From the human T2T-CHM13v2.0 reference genome, Homo sapiens, in the NCBI RefSeq assembly GCF_009914755.1, contig NC_060937.1: a stretch of DNA of 64,000 nt; one strand, written 5' to 3'. The notes beneath the pieces are model-generated. The model did no database searches. It had not been told where the DNA came from and worked only from the letters and a program-made list of their open reading frames with translations. Below are positions 27,576 through 40,945 of the stretch, in pieces. The position numbers and the translations under genes are program-made. The first letter of the stretch is position 1; each line of letters opens with the position of its first letter.

Positions 27576-28329
27576 TCATATTTTCAGTAGTGACATTTTC
27601 AGGAATGTATTGCAAATATATTAATATTCAATCCACTATCAAATTTCATGATTTATGACTTTTAAAGTAAGTGTGAGTGGGAGTCTATTTTTAGAAATCA
27701 AAATGAATAGCACTTTAAGTACACTATGCACTTGTGTACACTTATACACATGGAGCATTGTGTTTGGCTCTTTTGGTTTCAGTGCCAATGCCAGTAGTTA
27801 CCCTATGGAAAATGTTAGTGAAAAACACTAAAGTGTAGTAGAAAGTACATTTTATTATATAAGTACCGTTTTATATGTGGGCATATAGTAAACAATCAAC
27901 CTATGCATATTACATATAACTTTACTTTGAAAGACATGTAAATAGAACAGAGTCATACTGTGACATATCTATATGATGCTCAAATAACCATCTGATTCAG
28001 AGAAGTTATTTCATTAGAATGTGGTTTTTATTACAACCTTTCACTCTTTAGTCCCTCGTGTCAAGTTGTATAGACAGGGCCCAAGCTGTCATGTCCTCAG
28101 TGGGTTGTATTTATTTATAATGGTACATTTTTCCCAGCATCACAAAAGGCAGAAAATTTGTTATTGCCATGTGAAAATACTCATTTTGTACCATTATTCT
28201 CTTTACACATATTTGTCCTCAGAATATGGGAAATAAAATTAGCACTACTGCTACCCGGTAATCTTTACAAGAGGATTGTTTTTGAAGATAAGGAATTCAA
28301 ATATCAATAAGCTGAACTGAAAACAATAT

Positions 28330-28780
28330 TAAATTTCCAATGTGATGTGGCTTCTGTTTGGATAGAGATGGAGCTGGTCTATGTTTCTTTACTCTGTGTT
28401 CATAGTATCAAAGTAAGCTTTGTATCTGTTTTTCTGTAATGATGACATTTACACTTGGTTGCATTAATATGAAGTAACATGGATTGCGTGTGTTAGTAGG
28501 TTCTTTTTAATTACTGTGTAAAAATAATATGTAATTGAAACAAAAAGCATTGTTTCCAATCCTAATTTTTTTTCCTCAAGTCCATCCTGTCAAGCTGCAA
28601 GCGTGAAAGTTATTTTCTGGTGGTGTGATTAGATTGGGGCTGAACCCTCCAGCTGGCAGGCCTGTCTGTGACTGGCGGCGGCCTGTCCCCAGTGCTTGTC
28701 ATTTCCTGACATGCCTGACAGGATGGGGACAGCCGCCCCAGACAGGTTCATTAGATGGTGTTTTCTACAGCTGGGCTAAA
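28330..28780. promoter_or_regulatory. Candidate conserved non-coding element containing a hairpin
   Basis: Repeat-free; ATCAAAG (28407), inverted Sox-like pair (28537-28556), TTCACGCTTG on the minus strand (28598-28607), several TGACA sites, inverted repeat 28659-28748. Confidence 0.55.
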
Positions 28781-31264
28781 AATAAATAAATAAATAAAAA
28801 GTCTGTGCTTTGTAAAAGCCCAAGCTGTAGGGGCCCTTCTTGTTGGTTTAAACCAGGGCCTTGTTTTGACAAATTTTGATCTGTGCAGTTTTTAGATTTT
28901 CTGACACATTTTTGTTTCCTTCCCCTTTGGCCTGCACTTTGTGCTCTCTGCCTTGTTGCTGCTTCAAAATCCTAACATAGTCTTCCCAAGAGAAAAAGAA
29001 CCACCGTTATTGAGGGCTTAAAAGAAACAATAGTGTAATACTTCATAAAATAGCAATACTTAATCTATTTCCATGGTGATCTGCACAATGGAGGAAAAAC
29101 AATCTTGGGACTTGTGATAAGCCAATTACAAGAAAGGTTAAGAGTTTTTTTAGTGCCAGAAACATGCCATCTACATGAAAACATAGGATCATTACTAACA
29201 GTCTACACTGTCAAATACACTGCTCTTTAGAACTGCCAGAAATTTAAGCTGTCTTCATTTTTGAGCTTTTAGGAAGCTGACAGAGTTTTCTGCCTGTGTT
29301 CATAGGCTTCGACGTCAGAAAGAGAAATTACGGAAGACTGTAGAATACTTGCTAATTAAAACCAGAAATAAATTCAAAAATCAGATTTAGAAATATGCTT
29401 CTTTGTCAATGATAGGGCCCCTTTAAGACTAACGATTTGCCAAAAATGGAGTGCATTTGAAACATACATTTCTACAGAGTCATGATTTATCATTCTCAAC
29501 CCCAAATTCAAACTTTTAGAACTGCAGAATTGGAAAGAAAAAAAAAAATCTTCAGCCAAGAAATTATTATTCTGGGTTGCACCTGTAATTAAAAAGTAGC
29601 TATTGACATCTGTGCCTTAGAGACTTGCCGTAGTCTTCCTACTATCATAGTTGCTGATAGCTGCTTTCCATTAAGAGAAACATTTTATCTTAATTTTTAG
29701 TAGATAGAACATGCCCAAATAGAACATATCTGACCATATTTGTCTAAATAATCTTAGTGTTGCTGTTAGCTATATTTCCTTTCACATGTAAAGATACAAA
29801 ATATAATAATGTTTGTATCTCATATGCTTTGTCATTGGTGTAATAAGTAGTGTTGCTGAAAAAAAATCAAATTCCTCATTCACAGAAATCCTAGCCCTTA
29901 CCTTTCCTTTGTATTGTTAGCTTTCACTGCTTTAGTTCCCCGTCTCTATGACAACTGTTTAAATTGGGATGGGCAACTGTCATCTGGAGTATTACTGAGA
30001 GAAAAGTGTTAGTGAGCACACAGTTCCCATAGATAGAGCATTTCAATATAATCCAATTTTAATTGAGCTCCAGAGACTTTGATGTGCTGCAGAAGGTTGG
30101 GAGAGAGCTATTCCAGGGAGAAATTAAAGCAGCCCAGCAAGGCTTCCCTACTCCAGACTGTCACCATTTTAAGTAAGCATTAGCATCAGACTTAACCTGC
30201 CCCTATGGAACATCTCACTTCTTTTTTCAGCTTTTCACTGATTTATTTTGCCATATGTAAAAGCAAAGCACTTTCATCTTTTTATATATGTTTTTACACC
30301 CATTTGATTAGGCTTGAAAAGCTTGTACTGGACCTGAGATTCATCTTATGCTGTCTGTTGGACTTTGCTTTGGCGGCTCATAAAAGACATAGAAAGTAGA
30401 GTAGGGATTAGCTTCAAATTGTCAGCTATTATATATTAAACTTTCTTTTTTAATGCTGCTTTGTAAGACCCTATTTTGGAGCTAAAAAGTTGAAGGAAGT
30501 GTAATTTGTATTTAGCTTCGATTTGTCATTGAATTTCATTTTAATGCTTAGATTCATGGTCATTTATTAGTGGCTACGATTTTTATTTCAAAATGCATTA
30601 AAATATCTTTTCCTCATCACATGAAAAGTACCTTTCAGGGAAAGCTGGTTCAGAGCAGCTGAATACAGATACATCAATCCTTAATAGAGAAACCATTAAC
30701 CCTTTATTTTTTTTAATGGAGAGAAAAAGGGGTATTTTTCCATATATATTCAAAGAGCCTTTTAAATATTTTGAAATATAATGTTGAACATGCATTAAAT
30801 ATGCTAGTAATAATAAAAATGACATCAAATCACAATGTTAATTATAATTAAATAAGTACTAAATACTTTGATTGTGCAGTCAAAAAGCTTTGTTACAGGT
30901 ATGATAAACTTAAGGAAATTATCTATTTGTGACATACTTGACATTTCTGATCTATATTGGCACCTTAAAGAAAAACACGTATTTAGAAGTTAAGTAAAAT
31001 ATGACAATAATTAGAAATTAGTTTGAGTCTATGCATCATTCTAGATACTTCTAGTACCAGAAGTAGATTGACTGTAAAGCTAATGAATCTTCAGCCAGGG
31101 CCCCTTACTCTTCAGGCCTTGGGGATGATGGGAGTTGCTGATAATGGTACAGTGGTTTCAGTTTACTAAGTTGCATTAAAAGATCTCAGAAGAATAGAAC
31201 CTAATTTCTAAGGCACTAGTAATTTGTTGAGTTTTTTTTTTCTAATTCTAAATATTCATGTGCA

Positions 31265-31640
31265 TAGCTTATTATAAACAATGTTGCAGTGAGTGATCTG
31301 GTACATATTTCATCTTGCTTTTCTAGGAGTATATTCACAGCATAAATTCATAGAAATAAAATCACCAAGTCAAAGGGTATATACAAATACAATTTTGATA
31401 GATGCTGCCAAAATTTTCTTGATATGTTTTATTATTTGTGCGCCCACTAGCAATGTAGTGAGAACTTGTTTTTCTCACAGTAAGCTCAGTATTAGCAAAC
31501 TTTTGGATTTTTACCAATCTGATAGATTAAAAATATAGCATTTTCATATAATGTTCTTTCTCCAACAATGAATCAATTTAATCATGTTTTCAGTCAAGGA
31601 AAGCCATTTTTACTATTTTCTGTGATTTATCTATTTGAGC
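31265..31640 (-). mobile_element. Old L1ME-type fragment
   Basis: ataaacaatgttgcagtga..tctaggagtatatt..tttgatagatgctgccaaa..cccactagcaatgta..ttttaccaatctgatag. Confidence 0.6.
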
Positions 31641-34600
31641 TTTTTTAAAAGGAAAATGTCACCCTCTCAATGTCTGTGGGAGGGGATTATTGATAAATAG
31701 TATGGTTTGTCTCATGCATGTTATTTTTCCATATTAGTTAACATAAAAATTTATAATACGTATAATGAAAATTATATGCACATATAGGTATGTCCCTTTC
31801 TCCCTGCTCCCAACCTAAGTTAATTTCTCATTCCTCAATGGAATTTCCTCCTAAATATTAGTGTCATTTGTTCTGAGGATAAGAATTTTTTTTAATTTAC
31901 CTGCATACCCAAGAAGAATTTTTCTGCTCTAGCATAGATCAACTGCCCTATTACCTCAAATTCTAGCTTATTACTTATAATACAGTTAGCTAAATATATT
32001 AACACTCTGTTTGCTACATAAAATTCTAAACCAGAAGGGCTGCATCCTTTATAAATTAGTTAGCCAATGTGGATGTCTCTAGTATATATTTTTATTTATT
32101 TACTAAACATGCATATTGGAGAAGCATACACTGGCACTCCAGGCAGCTGCATTCATTGAGTACTTGCTGTGTGCCACACACTATACTGAGCACCAGGGAA
32201 AACATTCCACATTAAGGTGGGGTTTTGACTGAAACACAGAAATAACCTCTATATATGGAGAAAATAATATTAGGTTTATTTATGTTATCAGTGGAGAGCA
32301 AAGTTTTAATAACACTAGATATTTTAATTTATATTTTATTCACTGGTTATCATTCCTTTAAAGTTGTCAGGTGTAGATAGGTTAATTGTTTTTATTGGTA
32401 ACACATTTTCTTTGTGGAAGTTCATGTTTATGTGAGTGATAACAAACAGAGTGATTGCCGTATCTAAAGTCTGGACTGAACTTCTTTTCTTTTTCATAAT
32501 ACTCGTAAATCTGCCAGTAATCCTAAACCTAGGAAATGGCAGAAAACTCCTAGCCACTGGAGCCAGAAACCCTTGAGACTCCTTTCATACCTTTACCTCA
32601 GCACAAAACAAAACACTCTAGCCCTATCTGTCTCAGAACTGTCTGTTCTTCCTTCCCTCTTCCTACCTGCTGCAACTCTCTTAAGTCAGACTTCCTCTAC
32701 TTCCTACTGGCTTCATTCAGATTTCTAGTTTAGCCTCATTCCAAGTCATTCTCCATACTGCTTCCAGAGTGCTCTTTGCAAATGCAGTTTTAATCTTATA
32801 ACCACCTTCCTCCAGTGCTCTCAATGGCATCACATTCCTCATTAGAGCTGCCATCTATTGAGGGCTAAGTTAAAATCCCCATTCCAGTTCATCCTTTCTG
32901 CAGTGAGTGCTCTGGACAGCCTCTTGCCTGTAGACATGTGACCTCTGTACTTGGAGTGGAAACACCTGAGATAAGAACTTTACATACCGTAGCTCATTTA
33001 ATTCTTTCAACAACCCAGTAAAATAGAATCATCCTATCAATCTTACAGATAAAGACACAAATAGAAAAGCTGGGCTCCATGAAAGGAGGGGCCGTCTCTG
33101 TCTTGTTCACAATGTGTCCCATCACCTAGCACAATATCTGGATCCTAGTACATGCCGACTGAATTTTTTTTGACGAACAAATTATGTGTTATGCCAACAG
33201 GCTTTGCCTAGGATCAGAGAACTTGCTCATGATATTCAAATGAAACAAATAAAAGGCAAATTTTCAGCAAACTAGTATTTTGCTTCAAATAGCTTTACAA
33301 AAAAAGAATAAAAACTCAGCAGAAGAGAAAAAAATAATCCTGGGGCATTCCAGAAATGCAGAAGAAACTTTTTGGTTATATTTAACCCTGGAAATACTGT
33401 TTTCGTTGCCTGCAAGTCGGGTAATCTCTAAATCCTCTTTTTACCCAATTTAGATATTTGTGAAAGGTACTCATTTGCCAGCAAGGGCCATTTACTGGGC
33501 TATTTACAGTTAAACTGAGTTGCATTTCTTGAAGAGCTAATTTTCCTGTAATGTAGAAAACTGGCGGCAGAAGCAAAAACACCATGGGAAATTCAGTAGG
33601 TGCATTGTGTAGTTGAAGCATGAAGGTGCTTTAAGGTGTTTTTTGTTTAGTTTTGTTTTGTTTTGTTTTTTATGTTAAACTTCAAATGCAGAAGACAGAA
33701 CACGCAAAACCGTTTAGTAAGTGGTAAATAAGAACAAATTCCAGGAAATAATCAGAGCTGATTGGAGCAATGTGACACACAGAACCAGAGACTGGATCAG
33801 AGAATAAAGTACACTGAAAAGGATCTGGGCTGGGGTCAAGGCAGAGACTGCTCCCATCACTCCTGACTGAGGGTTCACTAAGGTCTGGGTAGGGGAGGAT
33901 CGTGAATTCATTTGTTCAACACATCTATGTAGCACAGCCTTTCTGCTAACCTCCCCACTTGATACTTGCTGTGTTATTTCATTTAATACTCACAGCAACC
34001 CTGCAAAGTAGATGTAATTTGTCCCATTTTATATAAGGGAAACTGTCACAAGTGTATTGGGAAACTTGCCTGAAGTTATACAAACTTTAGAGTCTGTGTG
34101 TCATCCTCCAAGTCCAAGTTCTTTCCACTACAGCATGGCATACAGATATATAAAAAATTACTTTAGTCTACAAAACTAAGTGCTAGTAAAGTACATACTT
34201 ATTGCTACATACTGGTAGGATGAGGGAATGTGGCAAGGGTAACATTCATACTGCCTTAGGTAGATACACAGTAAAATAGACCCAATCAAAAGGACTTCCA
34301 AAATGCAAGTTTGCCTGCATGAGGTTATGTTTCATTCTACCACTTCTCTTCAGGAGACGGTGATGCTGAGGGAGCTGTAGCTTTAAGAGAAAGAAAAATA
34401 AATTCTCATGAACCCCAAGCATGCACCTGTGAATACCCAGGGGCACTTGGGTTTTCAAGTGAAAATATGCTTCACAAACTCGGAACCCATATTTTATGAT
34501 AGCTTTCAGTTGCTAATTGTCACTGAAAAAGAAAAGTCTTTAAAACCTGAAAAATAATTCACATTCATCTTTTCTTTCTGGTCCCTGATGAGCCTACTAC

Positions 34601-34976
34601 CTACCTGGCAGATACTTGATAAATGGTAAATATTTTTTGAATAAATGCTTTTTTGAGCAGTAAGTTTTTAATATATCATAGAAATTTACCAGGTAGACAA
34701 GGAGGAGAAGTTATTCTAGAACATAAAGTGTGGAAATGTTTGATATCTGCATTTGTTTTTTTTTAATTTCAATAGACTTTACTTTTTTAGAACAGTTTAA
34801 GTTTACAGAAAATTGAACAGCTAATACAGAGAGTTCCTATATATGTGTGTGTATTGGTCCTGTTTTTTTCCTTCTTCAAAGAACAGAGACATGAAAGTAA
34901 CATCTGATAATAACACTTTATATTAGAAAATTGTCAGCTGCAAGTAACAGACACTGTAAACTGGCTTCGTAAAAAA

Positions 34977-34995
34977 TAGATAGATGATAGATAGA

Positions 34996-35030
<35 letters not shown>
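34977..35030 (+). repeat. Compound (TAGA)n(CAGA)n microsatellite within an MLT-like LTR
   Basis: tagatagatgatagatagatag..acagacagacagacag read directly. Confidence 0.95.
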
Positions 35031-35650
35031 TCAGTCCTGGATTCTGGTGGTCTCCAAGGTTGATTCAGCTAGTCGTGGATGCTGTCAAAAACCCAGGTGC
35101 ATTGCCTGTCTTTACTCAGTGATCCTTGGTTTGTCCTAATTCTTACGCTGATAGCAATGTGGCTCCAACACTTCAAAAAATCAACATAAGCTCAGAAATA
35201 TTCAAAGGAATGAGAGAGCATCTCTTCCATTGGCTCCCTCACAGCATGTGGAAACTTTTCTAAATCCGATATACCCCTGGAACTGGCCAGGGGGTCAGTG
35301 TGTCCTGGCTTGGAAGTGATGTAAGAGAAGTCAATACCTGAACATGATTGGAGTTGTGTCAATCAGGGAAATGGGGCAGGGGGATAGGGTTGGAATAGGA
35401 GGAGTGGAATGGTTTCTGAGTAAGTAAGCAGTAGTGTCTACTATAGAGTTTCTTTTAAGAAAGCATAATAAAATACAAATGGTAAATTTTGATCAGGCCT
35501 TCTGAAAAACTGGAATTTTTTTCAGCTCCAATAAACCACATTTTTTCTGTCTCCCTCAATCATAGACACCCATTGACATAGCACCAATTACTCTGTTTAT
35601 ACTTCTGCTACTAGAGAATAACTATATATAGACCCTGTATATATACAGGG

Positions 35651-35700
35651 TCTCCTAGCTTAATCATTAATAGAAGTTAATCAGAAGAACAAAATCAGAA
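35651..35700 (+). repeat. 50-bp dispersed direct repeat, copy 1 (copy 2 at 37613-37662)
   Basis: tctcctagcttaatcatta(a/g)tagaagttaatcagaagaacaaaatcagaa, 49/50 identical. Confidence 0.95.
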
Positions 35701-35724
35701 ATCAGACTCTATATATACCCTTTA

Positions 35725-36160
35725 ATTCAATCATTCAACAGATTTTTTACTGAGTTTCGACAACATACCAGGCATTGTGCTAAGTAATAGAGATACAGTA
35801 ATGAGAAGAAAAAAAATGGTCAAAAAGCTTATAGTCTAGTGGAGGAGATTACATTAAAAATGAAATTATACAATGAATTTGCAAAATTACATTTGCGGTA
35901 AGTGCTGTGAAGAGAACTTGTCTCATAGGTGCTATGAGAGCGTAAGATAGGGTGATTTTACCTAGCTAGGGAGGTCAGTGGCAAAAATAGAAGCAAAAAG
36001 AGACCTTGAAGATGAGTAGAAGTGAACTTGGCAAATAGGGGAGGGAAGATATTTCCAGAGAGGGAAGAATATGTGCATTGGCTCTGTGACAGGAAACAAC
36101 ATGGTAGGTAACAAGGGACTGAACAAAGGCCAGTGTGGCTTGACCTCAAGGGCAAAGTGG
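35725..36160 (-). mobile_element. L2 LINE 3' end
   Basis: attcaatcattcaacagatttttactgag..ccaggcattgtgctaag..gcttatagtctagtggaggag..aaggccagtgtggct. Confidence 0.8.
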
Positions 36161-36451
36161 AACCTGATTCATCTGGAGCAGGAGACCTGTTGTGTGCACC
36201 ACTAACCCCATCCCATCTCTTTTGTTGTTGGCTCTGCTTCCTCAGAACTTCTGCTGCCTTATGATTTCTGTTGACTGCTTTCTCGCTGTGTTCTAGCTTC
36301 TTCCCACTGTCCTCTTCAGGCCGTCTCTGAATATCTTGAATTCAGATCATTAAGAGAGATCCTCTGATTGGACCAGCCAGCCAAATTCATGATAGCATGG
36401 CTCTGATGGTTTTAACAACCACAGACTGTAGCTACCCTACTTAGATAACCG

Positions 36452-37181
36452 CAGGTGGAGTATCCCTTGTCGCAAATGCTTGGGATCAGAAGTGTTTCAA
36501 ATTTTGAATTTTTTCACATTTTGGATATATATAATGAGACATCCTGGGGATGGGATCCAGGTCTGAAAATGAAATTTGTTTATGTTTCATATATACCTTA
36601 TACATGTAGCCTGAGGGTAATTGTATACAATATATTTGAAATACTTTTGTGCATGAAACAAAGTTTGTGCATTGAACTATCAGAAAGCAAAGGTGTCACT
36701 ACCTCAGCCACCCATGTGGACAGTCTGTGGTTATTTGGCATCATTATCATTCTTCACACTGAATTTATACGCTACTGATAAGCAATCATTTTCTTACACT
36801 TATTCATACATAAGTACATAACAGTAAAAAAAAAGACACACTGTTAACACCGTGTAAAAACAATGTGTTCAGTGTAACTAAGCGGCACAGCAGCATCACA
36901 GAATACCTGGATCAGCTGTTAAACAGCAGCAACAACAGTCAATGCGGGCTTTCAGTCTCTACCTACCATGCTGGGTTTTGATTAGAAGGTAGGAGGTTGT
37001 ACAGTAACCCCCGTGAGGACACTGAATAAACAGTGCGTCACATACCTGCGTTATGACTGTGACCTGTCACGTGAGGTGGGATGTGGAATTTTCTACCTGT
37101 GGCCTCATGTTAGCACTCAAAAAGTTTCTGATTTTTGAACATTTTGGATTTTGTGTTCCCACATTAGAGATGCTCAAGGTG
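36452..37181. mobile_element. Tigger4/MER46 (TcMar) deletion derivative
   Basis: Terminal inverted repeats caggtggagtatccctt..aaatgcttgggatcagaagtgtttc and ..attagagatgctcaaggtg followed by TA. Confidence 0.85.
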
Positions 37182-37419
37182 TACTTTTAATATTAGTACT
37201 CATCGTGGTTCAATCCAGGGTGGTGGCATAATTGGTAATAAACATGGTACAAAGGAACTTTTCAGAAGAGGGTGTCACCCATGTTCCATCTAGTCCATAA
37301 CAAATTGGGAATCACTCTGGAATGTTTTAATATAGCTGGTTTTAATCATTATAGACCATGTAGATTAATAATTCTTTTGCATATGTTTCTTATTAAATAA
37401 AAATCAAGAAAAGTATTCA

Positions 37420-37800
37420 TAATTCATTAGTGTGTTAAATTACTGCCATGTGCTAGGCTCTGTGCTAAGTATGAAGAATGCAGAGACATACAGAATTCCT
37501 GCCCTCAGTGAGTCAATAGGTTAGTGGGAGACACCAAGAAGTCAACCAACAATTATAGTTTGGTAAGTATTATAAAAAGGTGGGTACAGGGTTCCCAGTG
37601 GGAGCAGCAGGATCTCCTAGCTTAATCATTAGTAGAAGTTAATCAGAAGAACAAAATCAGAAGGGATCTGCCAGTCAGAAGAAATATCATTTGCAGGGGC
37701 ACAAAAGTGTGACAGAACACGGCACACTGGGGAGCAGAGAAGTGTTCAGGATGGTTAGAATTTAAGAGCTAGGAAGAATGCACATTGTGGCTAAATAGGG
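37420..37800 (-). mobile_element. L2 LINE 3' fragment
   Basis: ccatgtgctaggctctgtgctaag..ttcctgccctcagtgag..gtgggagacac..caattatag. Confidence 0.7.
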
Positions 37801-37977
37801 GATTTTATACTACTATTAATAATAACATTTGCCACTTTTTAAATACCTACTATGTACCATAGTATATATGCTTCATATGCATAAATTGTACTATGATTTT
37901 GATTTTCATGACATTAGGATGCAAATTTTTAAAAAATGTTTGAAGCTATAATGGATTAAAATTAAAAAGTGCACTAG

Positions 37978-38343
<366 letters not shown>

Positions 38344-40066
38344 CTAGAGAAAAAAATATTTTTAATTAAGTCATATTTGACTATTGCTACAATCATTACT
38401 GCAACTCTACCCTGTAATCTTGTTTCATTCTGGCTGTATCTAAAATTTTAATATGAAATACTTTTAAAAAGAGAAAATAATTTGTCTCGACAATTTATAA
38501 TATTTGTAAAATCAGACCCTATTACCTAATTAGTTAAAACAAAAACCTCTAACCCAGAAATCCAAATGATCTGAAACAGAAGAAAATAAATAAGTCTATA
38601 GAGAGAAGACATATAAATATAACTAGTTTAAAAAATTAGCAATATGCAGAATAATACATAGAGAAGTTAATGTATTCAGTATAGAAATGAAAGTAAATAC
38701 TGGAAACTAGAAATTCGTTTATTTTCAGTAGTATAGAGTTCTGGTCTCCCCACCTCATCCCTTTGTAAAATAATAGCAGAGAGAAAAATAAAAGATTTTA
38801 GACTATGCCAAATTTGAGAAAATGAGGAAACATAGCCAAAGATACAATATTTACACAAGAACATTCATGAGTAGGACAAAAATGAAGCAACTGTGCCAGT
38901 ATCATTTTTAATTTTGAGAGTTTTACCATGATTTGAGAGTATGTGTTTGAAGATGAAGTAGACACAGAGGACTCCAGCTGCAACTCAGTTTGTTTGTAAA
39001 TTAAATTTTAAAATATTTTGCTCAACAAAAATTGAGTTCCTTCTCTGTGCAAGTTCTATAAGGAATACAAAAATAGAGTACAACTCAGTCTCTATCCTCA
39101 TTAAGTCCATTTTTTAGGGGATGTATATAATAAGATAGATCAATTTAAAAGGACCTGCCACAATGTAAGAGATGCTATTGGAGAAATACAAATAATGCTC
39201 TTTTGAGTAGTTCCTGGTTCTTTACTAATGAATATAAAATACAATTCACATAGATTTGAAACAGTATTGCACTTCTCTAGTCCAAATAGCGTCTACCTTG
39301 CAGCCACAGCAGTGATTTCTAAAGTGCCAGTTTCATTGTCTCACCTCTTTCTTTGTTAAAAATCTTATAGCAGCTCTCCATTATTCTCAGACCAGAGTCC
39401 AAACTCTAATGTGAGTTATGAGATCTCGCCCCACATCCTGCTGCCCACTCACCCTTTGTTGTTCTAATTTTATTTTTCACCTCTCTGCTTCTTACAATAT
39501 ATGCACACACAGTCTGTGTCCGTTGCCCCCCCACCCCCAGCACTGTGTTTATGTATCTTTACATACATGTTTACATATGTGTTGTTCCTTCTGCTTGGTA
39601 CTTCCTTTTTCCCCACTCCCCTGCCTTTTCCCATTATTTGTGATTTTCCACCAAACTGTGAACTCCTAGAGATCAGGGACTCTGCTTCTCCTGTTCACCA
39701 TTGGTTCCTAATGGTCAGCTGATAAATATTTGTTAAATTAAAGGAACGGAAGAAAAATAAAATTGATAAACCATGAGGACACTTGGTAGAAAAGAGCTGA
39801 CCTAATTATGGGCTGTTTATAAAATAGGAAGCCTTCTTGCAGTTTATCACTGCTTATAGTGAGACTGGTAGCTGGTGTCCCAAATAGTTGGGCTTCGTAG
39901 TTAAGAGTTAAGTGCTATGATTCCAATAATGTCTAGGATACAAACTACCACTAAAGAAACAATAAATGTGGCTTTTAGTTCAGTAAAAGGCTATGTGCTG
40001 TGGTCCAGATTTTCTACATCTGTTTTGGTGATGTCATCAACAAAGATTAGAACCAGAGGTCTGCAT

Positions 40067-40068
<2 letters not shown>

Positions 40069-40104
<36 letters not shown>
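40069..40104 (+). repeat. (GT)18 microsatellite
   Basis: Pure GT run read directly. Confidence 0.97.
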
Positions 40105-40110
<6 letters not shown>

Positions 40111-40154
40111 TTGTGTCTGTACACATGCACAAAAAGGTAGGGAGTAATTGCAGT

Positions 40155-40370
40155 AGTAGGCTGACATTTGTTAAGCATTTCCTGTGTGCCAGGCACTGTG
40201 CTGAGCATTTTTTGAAAAGAGCTATTAATATCTCATTCAATCGCACAATGACCCCATGAAGTTAGGTACCATTATTTCTCCCCATCTTTAGATAAGAAAA
40301 CCAAAACATCAAAAATCAATGAACTTGCCTGAGGTCTCACAGCTAGTAAGAGAGGCAGACCCAGGGGAAG
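40155..40370 (-). mobile_element. MIR SINE
   Basis: gctgacatttgttaagcatttcctgtgtgccaggcactgtgctgagc..cccatcttagataagaaaacc..cttgcctgaggtctcacagctagtaag. Confidence 0.85.
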
Positions 40371-40945
40371 CCTTAAGTCTAAGGTAAGCAGGTCCATAAA
40401 TTGATGAATTAGAGAAAAAAAATCAAGATTATTAAATCAAAAGTTCTCTACGGATGGGCTGCCTATATTTCCCCCAATTGTAGGATGTTTTGACACCCCC
40501 CCCCCACCGCATACCCATATGCCCATGTACCAATAATGGCTGTGTTTATAATGGCATATAATAACATTCCTAAACACAGCCATTATAGCAACATTGTTTA
40601 ATTTTCATTGAGGATGTATTTTCTGGAAAGCTTCATTTTTCCAGCTTCATTTCTTGATCATTTTTGTTTGCCTCACAGTTAAGCCATTTCCAATTTTTCC
40701 CGTTTTCAGTTTTATATTACTGAATTATTTTCATCAGGATTAATTCTTTTCCATGTAAGTTTTATGGAGTGACTTGGTTCTGTGATCAATCTTTTGGTCC
40801 ATATTACATTTTACTGACTATAGTGCCTGCCCTTGACAATTTTATTTTGATGATAGTATTCATTATTAATTGAATAAAAGGCTAAAGTGAAACTCTTCTA
40901 CCAGATATTTGAAGATTTCTTTATTGTGTAGGAGTGGTCTATAGC

